Shown one piece after another: positions 39,822 to 50,578 of a DNA stretch of 64,000 nucleotides. The stretch spans positions 115,340 through 179,339 of the forward strand of contig JAZNNQ010000001.1 of the NCBI GenBank assembly GCA_045580305.1. The letters are read 5' to 3'. This stretch comes from Eubacteriales bacterium. Its GTDB lineage: Bacteria > Bacillota > Clostridia > Oscillospirales > JAAYXM01. The notes under the pieces are model-generated. The model worked only from the letters and a program-made list of their open reading frames with translations, was not told where the DNA came from and made no database searches. The translations under genes and the position numbers were made by a program. Each line of letters opens with the position of its first letter. Positions within the stretch are counted from its first letter, which is position 1.

Positions 39822-40226
39822 ATGTTGATTTCTACAAAAGGACGCTACGCATTGCGCGTTTTGTTGGATTTGGCCGAAAATCAAAGAGAAGGTTATATTG
39901 CGATGAAAAATGTGGCTGAGCGCCAGGGCTTGTCACTTAAATATATTGAAAGAATTATGCCGGTGCTTTCAAAAAATAACTATGTAAAGGGTGTTCACGG
40001 CAAAGGTGGCGGATACCGTTTGGCTAAGGAACCAAAAGATTATAGAATAGGTGATATTTTGCGTCTTGCAGAAGGCGATCTCGCCCCTGTTGCGTGTTTG
40101 GAATGCGGCGCTAAACCCTGTGACCGTTCTGGCTCGTGCAAGACCTTGCCTATGTGGAAGGAATTTTACAGCATTGTAAATAACTACTTTGACGGAATTA
40201 CCTTAGCTGATTTAATGAAAAGATAA
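39822..40226 (+). CDS. Rrf2 family transcriptional regulator (CymR/IscR-like)
   Basis: ISTKGRYALR, GKGGGYRL, three Cys (VAC..C..C). Confidence 0.92.
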   Translation: MLISTKGRYALRVLLDLAENQREGYIAMKNVAERQGLSLKYIERIMPVLSKNNYVKGVHGKGGGYRLAKEPKDYRIGDILRLAEGDLAPVACLECGAKPCDRSGSCKTLPMWKEFYSIVNNYFDGITLADLMKR

Positions 40227-40316
40227 AAAGGTGCTCTTGCGAGCGCCTTTTTATCTTTTTACTCTTGTAAATTTTCATAAAATCAGCTATTATAAGTGAG
40301 GCGAGGAGGTCGTTAT

Positions 40317-42152
40317 ATGCAAAAAGGATTGGAGCGTATACTCAGCAAAGTACAAAAGCCTGCACGCTATACCGGCGGTGAGTATGGCGCCACTATGAAA
40401 GATAAAAGTAAGGTGGACACAAGAATTGCTTTCTGTTTCCCTGATATATACGAAATAGGTATGTCACATCTGGGCCTTCGTATACTTTACGGCGTCCTTA
40501 ATAATATGGACGGTGTTTGGTGTGAGCGCTCTTTTGCACCTTGGTCGGATATGGAAGAGGAGATGCGCAAAAACGACATCAAACTTTACGGAATGGAGAG
40601 CGGGGATGCGCTTTGCGATTTCGATATTGTTGCATTTACCTTACAGTATGAGATGTGCTATTCCGCGGTGCTCAATATGCTTGATCTCGGTGGCATTGCA
40701 CCTCGGTGTGAGGATAGGGGTGAAGATGCACCGCTTGTTATTGCGGGCGGGCCTTGCGCTTATAACCCTGAGCCTCTTTGTGATTTTATCGATTTATTCT
40801 CAATTGGCGAAGGCGAGGAACATTTACCTGAAATCGTTGAATTGTACAGAAAATTTAGGGCTGAAGGTAAATCAAAAAGAGAATTTTTAATTGCCGCCGC
40901 GCAAATTCCCGGTACTTATGTACCCAGCCTTTACGATGTGACTTACAATGATGACGGCACAATTTCTTCCTTTACTGCAAAAGAAGGTGCACCGGAGAAA
41001 ATTACAAAACGAATAATTCAGGATTTGGACAGCGTATATTATCCGACAGAAATGATTGTTCCTTCTACCGAGGTTGTGCACGACCGTGTTGTGCTTGAGG
41101 TTTTCCGAGGTTGTATACGCGGCTGTCGTTTCTGTCAGGCGGGATATGCATACCGCCCGGTACGCGCTAAAAAAGCAAGCACACTTATTGAGCAGGGAAT
41201 TGCTATGTGCGAAAATTCCGGCTATGAGGAAATTTCACTTGCATCACTTTCAACAAGTGACTACAAAGAACTTCCGGAACTTGCCGACGGGCTCTTGAAT
41301 TGGTGTGAGCCACATAAGACAAGCTTGCAGCTACCGTCACTGAGAGCTGACAACTTCTCTGTTGAACTTATGCAGCGCATACAGAAGGTTCGTAAAAGCG
41401 GCCTTACATTTGCCCCCGAGGCGGGAACCGTTCGCCTTCGTGCGGTTATAAATAAAAATCTGCAGGAGGAGGATGTTCTCAATGCTTGCAGAGTAGCATT
41501 TGAGGGCGGTTGGAGCAATGTTAAGCTCTACTTTATGATTGGACTTCCTACAGAGCGTGATGAGGATTTAGAGGGCATTGCGGACATTGCACACAATGTG
41601 CTTCACACTTGGCGTCAGTATGCGAAGAATAAAAATCGCGGTGTAAAGATTACCGTAAGTGCTTCTTGCTTCGTTCCAAAGCCCGGCACACCATTCCAAT
41701 GGTTTGGCCAAAATACCCGCGAGGAATTCAGACGAAAAGCTCTGTATCTCCGCGAGAAGATTACCGCCAAAGCTGTAACCTATAACTGGCATGAGCCGGA
41801 TACAAGCTATTTGGAGGCTGTTTTTGCTCGTGGCGACAGACGACTTGGCAAGGTTATTGAGGCTGCTTGGAAAAAAGGTGCACGGCTGGATGGCTGGGGC
41901 GACTTCTTTAGCCTTGATTTGTGGCTTGACGCATTTAAGGAATGTGGTGTTGATCCTGACTTCTACGCTCTCCGTGAGCGCGCATTAGATGAAATCCTAC
42001 CCTGGGATCATATCTCTACCGGTGTTGAAAAACGACACCTTATCAAAGAATGGGAGACCGCACTTTCTGAGGCGGTATCACCGGATTGTCGTGTAAAATG
42101 TACTGGCTGTGGTGCTAACAAACTTCTTTGCGGAGGTGTTTGCGATGCGTAA
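40317..42152 (+). CDS. B12-binding radical SAM protein (TIGR03960-like)
   Basis: KPARYTGGE, PDIYEIGMSHLG, RGCIRGCRFC, APEAG, KPGTPFQW. Confidence 0.92.
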   Translation: MQKGLERILSKVQKPARYTGGEYGATMKDKSKVDTRIAFCFPDIYEIGMSHLGLRILYGVLNNMDGVWCERSFAPWSDMEEEMRKNDIKLYGMESGDALCDFDIVAFTLQYEMCYSAVLNMLDLGGIAPRCEDRGEDAPLVIAGGPCAYNPEPLCDFIDLFSIGEGEEHLPEIVELYRKFRAEGKSKREFLIAAAQIPGTYVPSLYDVTYNDDGTISSFTAKEGAPEKITKRIIQDLDSVYYPTEMIVPSTEVVHDRVVLEVFRGCIRGCRFCQAGYAYRPVRAKKASTLIEQGIAMCENSGYEEISLASLSTSDYKELPELADGLLNWCEPHKTSLQLPSLRADNFSVELMQRIQKVRKSGLTFAPEAGTVRLRAVINKNLQEEDVLNACRVAFEGGWSNVKLYFMIGLPTERDEDLEGIADIAHNVLHTWRQYAKNKNRGVKITVSASCFVPKPGTPFQWFGQNTREEFRRKALYLREKITAKAVTYNWHEPDTSYLEAVFARGDRRLGKVIEAAWKKGARLDGWGDFFSLDLWLDAFKECGVDPDFYALRERALDEILPWDHISTGVEKRHLIKEWETALSEAVSPDCRVKCTGCGANKLLCGGVCDA

Positions 42153-42807
42153 GATGAGACTTTTATTCAAAAAAGAAGGCAGAGCTGCATACATTTCCCA
42201 CCTTGATACAATGAGAACACTGCAGAGAGCCATTGCAAGGGCGGGAATTTCTGCAAAGCATACGGAAGGCTTTAATCCTCATGCATATATCGCAATTGCA
42301 CTGCCGTTATCCCTCGGCTATACCAGCGAGTGTGAGATGATGGATTTTGTGCAAACCGATGATATGCCGGCTTTTGATTTAATTGCAAGGTTAAATCGCG
42401 CGCTGCCCGAGGGAATAGTTGCACTTTCGGTTTACGAAGAAGGTCGCAAAGTGCGCGAAATCGCGTCACTTCGTTATAAAATTACCCTTGAATATGATAA
42501 TGGAGTTACAGATGAAACGGTATCTGCAATAGGCGAATTTTTAAATTCAAAGCCTATCATTATATTGAAACGGTCAAAAAGAGGCGAGCGTGAGGTCGAT
42601 ATAAGTGAGCTTATTCGCAGTATTGATGTAAAAAAAGCGGGGGACAATGTGATTATTATAGATGCGGTAGTTGCTGCAGGAAATGACTCATTGAATCCTG
42701 AACTTTTGATTCGCGCTATTGATAAATTCCACCCTGAACTCAACCCTGATTTCGTAAAATATCATCGAGTTGAAGTTTTAGACGGAAATAATGAAAAATT
42801 TGCATAA
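42145..42807 (+). CDS. Radical SAM-associated protein (TIGR03936/DUF2344-like)
   Basis: YISHLD..R..RA, GFNPH, LPLSLG; overlaps the upstream partner gene. Confidence 0.88.
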   Translation: MRKMRLLFKKEGRAAYISHLDTMRTLQRAIARAGISAKHTEGFNPHAYIAIALPLSLGYTSECEMMDFVQTDDMPAFDLIARLNRALPEGIVALSVYEEGRKVREIASLRYKITLEYDNGVTDETVSAIGEFLNSKPIIILKRSKRGEREVDISELIRSIDVKKAGDNVIIIDAVVAAGNDSLNPELLIRAIDKFHPELNPDFVKYHRVEVLDGNNEKFA

Positions 42808-42859
42808 AAATGCTTGACTTTTAGGGAAAAGCTGTGGTAAAATCTTTAGGTCTATATAA

Positions 42860-42900
42860 CGGATGGTCCTCTGTCGCGTGATTTTGCGGCACGAACATCT
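42860..42900 (+). promoter_or_regulatory. L19 ribosomal protein leader
   Basis: ggatggtcctctg...gaacatct stem upstream of rplS resembles the Firmicute L19 leader. Confidence 0.65.
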
Positions 42901-42922
42901 ATGAAGAAGGGAGGAGACATCC

Positions 42923-43264
42923 ATGGATCTCCTTAACATGTTAAACAATTCTCAGCTGAAGAGTGAGCCGCCGGTTGCTAACATCGGTGATACTGTCCGT
43001 GTTCATGCTCTTATTAAAGAGGGAACTCGTGAGAGAATCCAGGTGTTTGAGGGTACTGTCATTGCTAAGAAGCATGGCGGTGTTCAGGAAACCATCACGG
43101 TTCGCCGTATGTCCTTTGGCGTTGGTGTGGAGAAGGTATTCCCGATCCATTCCCCGCATGTTACCAAGATCGAGCTTGTCCGCAAGGGTAAAGTTCGTCG
43201 TGCGAAGCTCTATTATCTCCGCGGTCGCGTTGGTAAGGCAGCTAAGGTCAAAGAAGATATCTAA
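42923..43264 (+). CDS. rplS: 50S ribosomal protein L19
   Basis: [28 protein letters not shown]. Confidence 0.98.
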   Translation: MDLLNMLNNSQLKSEPPVANIGDTVRVHALIKEGTRERIQVFEGTVIAKKHGGVQETITVRRMSFGVGVEKVFPIHSPHVTKIELVRKGKVRRAKLYYLRGRVGKAAKVKEDI

Positions 43265-43272
43265 TGTTGAGG

Positions 43273-43305
43273 AAGGGGGACGGAAACCGTCCCCCTTATT
43301 ATTTT
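43273..43305 (+). terminator. rplS terminator
   Basis: aagggggacgg-aaa-ccgtccccctt followed by Ts. Confidence 0.75.
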
Positions 43306-43326
43306 ACTTTTTACGGAGGTGCAAAA

Positions 43327-43896
43327 ATGAGCGAAGATAGAAAAAAAGCCTTTAAAAACGAGCTTTTCGACTGGGCTCAGAATATTGCGATTATCTTAAC
43401 CGTTGTTGTTTTGATGTTCACTTTTGCACTTAGGATTATCGGCGTTGACGGCCCATCAATGATGAACACCTTACATCACGGCGACTGGCTTTTGGTTTCC
43501 GACTTGTTCTATGAGCCGGAATACGGCGATATCGTTATAATTAAAAAGGAACAATTTATGGAAAGCCCTATTGTAAAACGCGTTATCGCAACCGAGGGAC
43601 AGACCGTGAATATAGATTTTGATGCGGGTCGTGTGTGGGTTGATAATGTGCCGTATGATGAGCCGTATGTCAACACTCCCACCAACCGTTCATTTGATAT
43701 GGAATTTCCGCAGACCGTACCTGAGGGCTGTGTATTCGTTCTGGGTGATAACAGAAATCACAGTTCAGACTCGCGTACAGCATCTTTAGGTATGGTTGAT
43801 AAGCGATATATATTAGGTAAGGTTATCTTCAGAATTTTACCTATAAGCGATTTTGGAACAATACAGCAGGATTTTGAACAGGGCGGGGGTAAGTAA
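43327..43896 (+). CDS. lepB: Signal peptidase I
   Basis: GPSMMNTL, VKRVIA, GDNRNHSSDSR. Confidence 0.93.
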   Translation: MSEDRKKAFKNELFDWAQNIAIILTVVVLMFTFALRIIGVDGPSMMNTLHHGDWLLVSDLFYEPEYGDIVIIKKEQFMESPIVKRVIATEGQTVNIDFDAGRVWVDNVPYDEPYVNTPTNRSFDMEFPQTVPEGCVFVLGDNRNHSSDSRTASLGMVDKRYILGKVIFRILPISDFGTIQQDFEQGGGK

Positions 43897-44819
43897 TGAA
43901 TATTCAATGGTATCCCGGTCATATGACAAAAACAAAGCGTATGATGGCGGAAAATATTCGCCATGTAGATGCGGTTTGTGAGATATTGGACGCGAGAATT
44001 CCGGTTTCCAGCCGCAACCCGGATCTTGATAAGATCGCCCGCGGTAAGCCGCGCCTTGTTATATTGAACCGAATTGATTTAGCGGATAACAATGCTACTC
44101 AGGTTTGGTCAAGTTATTTTAAGAATAAAGGTATTGCCGTTGTTGAAATCAACGCGAAAAACGGCCAGGGCGTGAACAAATTTGCACCCGCCCTCCGCGA
44201 ACTTTTAGGTGAGAAAATAACCTATTTTGAAGAACGCGGACTTATAGGCCGTCTTTTAAAGGTTATGATTTGCGGTATTCCCAATGTGGGTAAATCTACA
44301 TTTATAAACCGTGTTGCCGGCCACAATGTGGCAAAGGCTGAGGATCGTCCCGGTGTTACTCGCGGTAAGCAGTGGATCCGCGTAGGTGAAGGCATCGATA
44401 TGATGGACACTCCGGGTATCTTATGGCCGAAATTCGAGGACAAAAGAGCCGGACTTAATCTGGCTTTTACCGGCGCTGTGAAAGACGATATTTTAGATAT
44501 AGAAACCCTTGCGGCATTCCTCATGGAAGAACTTAGTGTTAAATACCCGAAAGCAATTGAAAGCCGTTATAAATTCACACCCGATAGCGAGGCCTGCGGC
44601 TATACATTACTTGAAGAAGCAGCAAAGCGTCGTGGATTTAGAATTTCAGGCGGCGAGTATGACTTAGAGCGTATGGCCCGTGTATTCTTAAATGAATTCC
44701 GTGACGGCACTCTCGGCAGAATGACCTTGGAAATGCCTGAGGATATGGATCGCGCACCGGCAGAGAGTCTTGAACTTCGCGGTTTTGATTCCGATGGAAT
44801 GTTAACATGGGAGTTTTAG
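43896..44819 (+). CDS. ylqF: Ribosome biogenesis GTPase RbgA/YlqF
   Basis: IQWYPGHM, DARIP, GIPNVGKS, DTPGILWP. Confidence 0.95.
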   Translation: MNIQWYPGHMTKTKRMMAENIRHVDAVCEILDARIPVSSRNPDLDKIARGKPRLVILNRIDLADNNATQVWSSYFKNKGIAVVEINAKNGQGVNKFAPALRELLGEKITYFEERGLIGRLLKVMICGIPNVGKSTFINRVAGHNVAKAEDRPGVTRGKQWIRVGEGIDMMDTPGILWPKFEDKRAGLNLAFTGAVKDDILDIETLAAFLMEELSVKYPKAIESRYKFTPDSEACGYTLLEEAAKRRGFRISGGEYDLERMARVFLNEFRDGTLGRMTLEMPEDMDRAPAESLELRGFDSDGMLTWEF

Positions 44820-44821
44820 TT

Positions 44822-45430
44822 ATGTGGGATTACGAAGAAGGCGCGAAGGCGCGTGGTTATAATGTAATTTGCGGTGTTGACGAGGCAGGGCGAGGACCTC
44901 TTGCAGGCCCGGTTTTTGCTGCGGCTGTAATTTTACCTTACGGCATTAAAATTGAAGGATTAAACGACTCCAAAAAACTCTCAGAGCGCAAAAGAGAAGT
45001 GCTTTTTGACATTATTTGCGAAAAGGCACTTGCTTTTGGAATAGCTTCAAGTGATGAGCGCGAAATTGACGAAATAAACATATTAAATGCAAGTCTTCTT
45101 GCTATGAGTCGTGCTGTTAATAAGTTGTCTCTCAAACCTGATATAGCGTTGATCGATGGAAATAAAACACCGAGGCTTGACATTGCGGCAGAGGCTATCG
45201 TTAAGGGAGATGCCCGATCAGCATCTATTGCGGCGGCATCTATTTTGGCAAAGGTAAGTCGTGACAGATATATGTTGGAAATGGCCAAAAACTATCCTCA
45301 ATACGAATTTGAGAAGCACAAAGGCTATCCCACAAAACTCCATTATGAAAAAATAGCCGAGTTTGGCGCATCCCCGATACACAGAGTTACATTTTTGCGT
45401 AAATTTTATGAGCAGGGTGGTTTGAAATGA
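44822..45430 (+). CDS. rnhB: Ribonuclease HII
   Basis: GVDEAGRGPLAGPV, DSKKL, AASILAKV, KGYPT. Confidence 0.96.
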   Translation: MWDYEEGAKARGYNVICGVDEAGRGPLAGPVFAAAVILPYGIKIEGLNDSKKLSERKREVLFDIICEKALAFGIASSDEREIDEINILNASLLAMSRAVNKLSLKPDIALIDGNKTPRLDIAAEAIVKGDARSASIAAASILAKVSRDRYMLEMAKNYPQYEFEKHKGYPTKLHYEKIAEFGASPIHRVTFLRKFYEQGGLK

Positions 45431-45783
45431 GCACACTGTTAGGCAGTTGGGGAGAAGCGAAAACCGCTGAGTATCTGCGCAAAAATGGCTATAAAATAGA
45501 GGCTATGAATTATCATTCGCGTTACGGCGAGATAGATGTAATTGCCAGAAAGAAAAATATTATCGCATTTGTTGAAGTGAAGCTCAGAAAAGGTGATAAA
45601 TTTGCTTCGGCAGGTGAGTTTGTCCACCACTCAAAACAAGAAAAGATAATTCTCACCGCACAAGCTTATTTACAAGAAAAGGACGATAATAAATCTCAGC
45701 CGCGCTTCGATGTGATCGAGATTTATGCGCCCGACGGTATATCTGACAATTTCACCTTAAATCATATAGAAAATGCATTTTGA
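45427..45783 (+). CDS. YraN family putative endonuclease
   Basis: GEIDVIA, FVEVK, RFDVIE, HIENAF. Confidence 0.92.
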   Translation: MSTLLGSWGEAKTAEYLRKNGYKIEAMNYHSRYGEIDVIARKKNIIAFVEVKLRKGDKFASAGEFVHHSKQEKIILTAQAYLQEKDDNKSQPRFDVIEIYAPDGISDNFTLNHIENAF

Positions 45784-45797
45784 TAGGAGACAGAGTT

Positions 45798-47285
45798 ATG
45801 GAATTTTTTAGTACAAGAGACGCATCTCTTCGCGTTACTGCGGCGAAAGCTATAAGCCAGGGCCTCAGCTTTGAGGGTGGCCTTTTTGCACCTGTTGAGA
45901 TTCCTAAATTAACCGATGAGGATATTGATCGCCTTTGCGGTATGCCTTATCCCGAGCGTGCAGCATTTGTTATCGGCAAGTACTTAACCGACTTTACCGA
46001 TGAGGAGCTTGCTCGATTCGCAAATGCAGCGTATCATCAGGACAAATTCTCAAGTGCAGCCATTGCACCGGTGAGAAAGTTAAATGAAACCGCGAGCATC
46101 TTGGAACTTTGGCACGGTCCTACCAGTGCGTTTAAAGATATGGCGCTGCAGATATTACCGCATCTCTTAACTGCATCTATGCGCAAATGCGGTGAAACCA
46201 AAACCGCATGTATCCTTGTTGCGACCTCCGGAGATACCGGTAAAGCGGCGCTTGAAGGTTTTGCGGATGTCGAGGGAACAAAGATCGCTGTATTCTATCC
46301 GAAAGACGGTGTAAGCCGTGTTCAGGAGCTTCAGATGACCACACAGAGTGGTAATAATGTATATGTATCTTCGGTTATCGGCAATTTTGACCATGTGCAA
46401 AGTAAAATGAAAGAAATTTTTGCAGATGAGGAATTGCGTGCAAAAGTAGCAAAGGAAAATGTGTTCTTCTCTTCTGCGAATTCCATTAACTGGGGTCGCG
46501 CTGTACCGCAGATCGCGTATTATGTTTCCGGCTACTGTGACCTTGTAAATTCAGGTGAAATTGCGAAGGGTGAGTCCTTTAATGTTTGTGTTCCCACCGG
46601 CAATTTTGGTAATATCTTAGCAGCATATTACGCTCGTGAGATGGGTATTCCCATTGCAAAGCTTATCTGTGCATCCAATAGAAATAATGTACTTACAGAT
46701 TTCTTCAAGACAGGTAAGTATGACAAACAGCGCGAGTTCTATACAACAACATCTCCTGCTATGGATATCCTGGTTTCCAGCAACTTGGAGCGTCTTATCT
46801 TCCATTTATCCGGCAATGATGATGTTACCGTAAATAAGTATATGTCAAAGCTTTCAAGCGATGGTGCATATACTGTAAATGCTGATATTTTAGCTAAGCT
46901 CAATGATCTGTTCTATGGTGGCTCCTGCGATGATGCGGATACAATGAAGACCATCTCCGAGACATTCAGCGAGTATAATTATCTCGTGGATACCCATACC
47001 GCTGTAGGAATCAATGTTTATAAGCAGTATGTTGAGGAAACAGGCGATAATAAGAAAACTCTTATCGCATCTACGGCAAGTCCATTTAAGTTTGCTGACT
47101 CTGTTCTTTCGGCACTCGGTGTTGACATTGAAATTGACGGTTGTGAACTGCTTGAGATTTTATCAAAGACAACAGGTGTTAAAATTCCGGCACCGCTTGC
47201 CGCTCTTAATGGCAAGGAAGAACGCTTTATAAATACTCTTGAACGCGAGCAAATTATCAATAAAATTTTAGAATTTGTTATGTAG
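45798..47285 (+). CDS. thrC: Threonine synthase
   Basis: ELWHGPTSAFKD, ATSGDTG, SANSINWGR, PTGNFG, TASPFKF. Confidence 0.95.
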   Translation: MEFFSTRDASLRVTAAKAISQGLSFEGGLFAPVEIPKLTDEDIDRLCGMPYPERAAFVIGKYLTDFTDEELARFANAAYHQDKFSSAAIAPVRKLNETASILELWHGPTSAFKDMALQILPHLLTASMRKCGETKTACILVATSGDTGKAALEGFADVEGTKIAVFYPKDGVSRVQELQMTTQSGNNVYVSSVIGNFDHVQSKMKEIFADEELRAKVAKENVFFSSANSINWGRAVPQIAYYVSGYCDLVNSGEIAKGESFNVCVPTGNFGNILAAYYAREMGIPIAKLICASNRNNVLTDFFKTGKYDKQREFYTTTSPAMDILVSSNLERLIFHLSGNDDVTVNKYMSKLSSDGAYTVNADILAKLNDLFYGGSCDDADTMKTISETFSEYNYLVDTHTAVGINVYKQYVEETGDNKKTLIASTASPFKFADSVLSALGVDIEIDGCELLEILSKTTGVKIPAPLAALNGKEERFINTLEREQIINKILEFVM

Positions 47286-47311
47286 CCCGAGGGAGGTACC
47301 CCGGGCGTGGA

Positions 47312-47497
47312 TTAAAGTGCTCCGTCCTTTCTGCTGTAGGTGCTGCAGATTGTGTCTTTTTCATTCTGTGCATGTTTACCGCGTACATCAATGTGGCTTG
47401 CTGTGCAACGGTTTGCCACGCTATGGTGAATACAGCTTTCCACGGAACACGATACGCAAGAAGAAGTCTGGGTTTTATTTAAAAAATTCATTTTCAA
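47312..47497 (-). CDS. Small Cys-rich protein, DUF1540-like
   Basis: CSVESCIHH...CTASHIDV...TICSTY; RBS aggagg. Confidence 0.75.
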   Translation of the reverse strand: MKMNFLNKTQTSSCVSCSVESCIHHSVANRCTASHIDVRGKHAQNEKDTICSTYSRKDGAL

Positions 47498-47576
47498 TGC
47501 CTCCTATCAATACTATTTTGCGCGGTTTCAAGTGTTTAATAACTGAAAAAAATCACCGGAAAAGGAGCGTGTAACC

Positions 47577-48269
47577 ATGTCGGTTTTTGCTATTGGCGAT
47601 CTGCACTTATCATTGACCACGGAAAAACCGATGGACATTTTCGGTGACGGTTGGGCAAATCATATTGAGCGGCTTGAAGAAGGCTTTGAAATAGTCGGAG
47701 AGGATGACTTAACCGTTCTTGCCGGTGATAGTTCATGGGGTATTTCTTTAAAAGAGTCTCTTGAAGATTTTAAGTTCATAGATAAATTACCCGGCAGAAA
47801 ATTACTGCTGAAAGGTAATCACGATTATTGGTGGGAGACCGCTTCAAAAATACATAAATTTTTTGACGAAAATCAGATTACCACCATTGATATCCTGCAT
47901 AATAATGCATATCTCCATGGTGATATTGCCGTGTGTGGGACTCGCGGTTGGTTTGCACCCGAAGAGGGCGATGACCCCCATGCAGAAAAAATCTATAATA
48001 GGGAATTGGGACGACTTAAAACATCTCTCGATGCGGCGAAAGCATTAAATCCCCGTGAAATTCACTGTTTTTTACATTATCCGCCTATTTCAAAGGGATA
48101 TGAGTGTGTCGAAATATGCGAAATGTTACGGGAACACGGTGTTTCTTGCTGTTATTACGGACATTTACACGGTTATGGTCACGGAATTCGCTTCGAGGGT
48201 GAGCATAAAGATGTTGGTTATCGCCTTATTTCATCAGATTTTTTAAGGTTTACACCCCTCAAAATTTGA
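47577..48269 (+). CDS. Calcineurin-like metallophosphoesterase
   Basis: GDLH, GD, GNHD, HYPP, GHLH. Confidence 0.9.
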   Translation: MSVFAIGDLHLSLTTEKPMDIFGDGWANHIERLEEGFEIVGEDDLTVLAGDSSWGISLKESLEDFKFIDKLPGRKLLLKGNHDYWWETASKIHKFFDENQITTIDILHNNAYLHGDIAVCGTRGWFAPEEGDDPHAEKIYNRELGRLKTSLDAAKALNPREIHCFLHYPPISKGYECVEICEMLREHGVSCCYYGHLHGYGHGIRFEGEHKDVGYRLISSDFLRFTPLKI

Positions 48270-48401
48270 TGTTTTATTCATAAAATTTGCGTTTTTTACA
48301 AAATAATTGTTGAAAACTGATAAACTTATAAAAAGGTGTAGCATTCTCGTAAAATTTCTGTTAAAATATTATCTGTTATATAAGATTCAGGAGGAAGAAC
48401 C

Positions 48402-49856
48402 ATGAAGTTAAAATCCGTTGAAAAGCTGGAAAACAGCAAAGTATGTCTTGAAATTGTAGTTGAGCCTGCAGAGTTTGAGGTCGGTCTTGATTATGCTTAC
48501 CATAAGAATGTTGGTAAGATCAACATCCCCGGATTCCGTAAGGGCAAAGCTCCCCGTAAGATGATCGAGCGTATGTATGGCCCGACTGTTTTTGCTGAGG
48601 ATGCTGTTAATTTCGCTTTCCCCATCGCTTATGAAGCGGCTATCAAGGAAAGTGGCGTTGAGCCGGTTGAGCAGGCAGATATAGAAGTTACCGAGTTTGA
48701 GCCGACCACATTTACTTTTAAGGCTACCGTTACCGTATCTCCCGAGGTTACTCTTGGTGAGTACAAGGGTATGACCGCAGTTCGTCCGGCAGCTACCGTT
48801 GAAGCTAAGGATGTTGATGCTGAGATCAACCGTTTAAAAGAGCGTAATTCTCGCCTTGTTTCCGTTGATCGTGCTTCCAAAGAGGGCGATACAGTTGTTA
48901 TCGACTTTGAGGGCTTTGTTGACGGTGTTGCATTCGATGGCGGTAAGAGCGATAATCATAGCTTAAAGCTTGGTTCCGGCCAGTTTATCCCCGGCTTCGA
49001 GGATCAGCTTGTTGGAAAGAGTGCAGGGGATAAGTGTGATGTTAATGTTACTTTCCCCACCGAGTATCATTCTGATGACCTTGCAGGCAAAGAAGCTGTA
49101 TTCAAAGTAAAGGTTAACGAGGTTAAGGAAACCGAGGAACCGGCTCTTGATGATGAGTTTGCAAAAGATGTTTCCGAGTTTGAGACAATGGATGAACTCA
49201 AGAAAGACATTGAGGCTAAGCTTCTTGACAGCCGTGAGAAGATGGCTGACGAAGCATTTGAGAATGCTCTTCTTGATAAGATCATTAATAATATGCAGGT
49301 TGAAATCCCCGAAATTATGATTGAGAACCAGTTGGACCGCGTTACCGACGATTTCGCTAATCGTCTTAATGCACAGGGTCTTACTCTTGAGGCATATCTC
49401 CAGATGAGCGGTATGGATGTTCCCACTTTCCGCAACAACTTCCGTGACGGCGCTACTCGTCAGGTTAAGATCAACTTAGCGCTCAAAGAAATCGCTAAGG
49501 TTGAGAACATTACCGTTTCCGCAGAGGAGATCGAGGAAGAGTATAAGAACCTTGCAGAGCAGTACGATATGCCGATCGAGCGTCTTAAAGGCTTCATCTC
49601 CGTTGATATGATGATGAGCGATATGTTACTTATGAAGACCTCCAAGTTCATTCGTGAGAACAACAAGTCCAGAAAGTCAGCTGCTAAGAAGCCCGCTGCT
49701 AAGAAGGACGACGCTGAGGGCGCAGAAAAGAAGCCTGCTGCTAAAAAGACTACTGCAGCTAAGAAAGCACCTGCTAAGAAGGCTGCAGAGGGCGAAGAAA
49801 AGGCTGCTCCGAAGAAGCGCACAACAACTAAGAAAAAAGCAGAGGATGCTGAATAA
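48402..49856 (+). CDS. tig: Trigger factor with a Lys/Ala-rich C-terminal extension
   Basis: PGFRKGKAP ribosome-binding motif, FKBP domain FIPGFE. Confidence 0.96.
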   Translation: MKLKSVEKLENSKVCLEIVVEPAEFEVGLDYAYHKNVGKINIPGFRKGKAPRKMIERMYGPTVFAEDAVNFAFPIAYEAAIKESGVEPVEQADIEVTEFEPTTFTFKATVTVSPEVTLGEYKGMTAVRPAATVEAKDVDAEINRLKERNSRLVSVDRASKEGDTVVIDFEGFVDGVAFDGGKSDNHSLKLGSGQFIPGFEDQLVGKSAGDKCDVNVTFPTEYHSDDLAGKEAVFKVKVNEVKETEEPALDDEFAKDVSEFETMDELKKDIEAKLLDSREKMADEAFENALLDKIINNMQVEIPEIMIENQLDRVTDDFANRLNAQGLTLEAYLQMSGMDVPTFRNNFRDGATRQVKINLALKEIAKVENITVSAEEIEEEYKNLAEQYDMPIERLKGFISVDMMMSDMLLMKTSKFIRENNKSRKSAAKKPAAKKDDAEGAEKKPAAKKTTAAKKAPAKKAAEGEEKAAPKKRTTTKKKAEDAE

Positions 49857-49974
49857 TTTAAGTTTTTTCTGACTATAACTTTTGTAATGGGGACGGGCGG
49901 CTTTTTATAGGCCGCCCGTCTGTGCAAAAATACTGTTTGTCAGCTTATGTCAAAATTTTTAAGGAGTGACTGTT

Positions 49975-50559
49975 ATGAGTTTAGTACCTACCGTTGTAGA
50001 GCAAACAAACCGTGGTGAGCGTGCATATGATATTTATTCACGCCTTTTAAATGACCGTATCATCATTTTATCCGACGAGGTAAATGACACAACCGCAAGT
50101 CTTGTTGTGGCACAGCTTTTATATCTTGAGTCCCAGGATATGGATCGTGATATCCAGCTTTACATCAACAGCCCCGGCGGCTCCATTACCCCAGGTATGG
50201 CAATTTACGACACAATGAATTACATCAAGTGTGATGTATCAACAATTTGTATCGGTATGGCTGCATCTATGGGCGCATTCCTTTTATCTGCCGGTGCAAA
50301 GGGCAAGCGTTTAGCACTGCCTAATTCCGAGATTATGATCCATCAGCCTTTATCGGGTATGCAGGGCCAGGCTACCGATATCAAAATCCACGCTGATAGA
50401 ATTCTTCGCATCAAGCAAAAATTAAACGAGATTTTATCCGATGTTACCGGTCAGCCTCTTGATAAAATCATAAACGATACCGAGCGTGACAACTTTATGT
50501 CAGCACAGGAGGCACTTGATTACGGCCTTATTGATAAGATTATTGATAAGCGCATCTAA
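49975..50559 (+). CDS. clpP: ATP-dependent Clp protease proteolytic subunit
   Basis: [24 protein letters not shown]. Confidence 0.97.
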   Translation: MSLVPTVVEQTNRGERAYDIYSRLLNDRIIILSDEVNDTTASLVVAQLLYLESQDMDRDIQLYINSPGGSITPGMAIYDTMNYIKCDVSTICIGMAASMGAFLLSAGAKGKRLALPNSEIMIHQPLSGMQGQATDIKIHADRILRIKQKLNEILSDVTGQPLDKIINDTERDNFMSAQEALDYGLIDKIIDKRI

Positions 50560-50578
50560 TTGAAAGGATAGCTTTTAT

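Noticed and set aside
40317-42807. B12 radical-SAM pair as a novel pathway
   Set aside because: It is a widely distributed, already catalogued gene pair in its usual housekeeping context, with no precursor peptide nearby.
49892-49920. Terminator between tig and clpP
   Set aside because: There is a GC stem but no following T-run. It is more likely an mRNA-stabilising hairpin and is ordinary.
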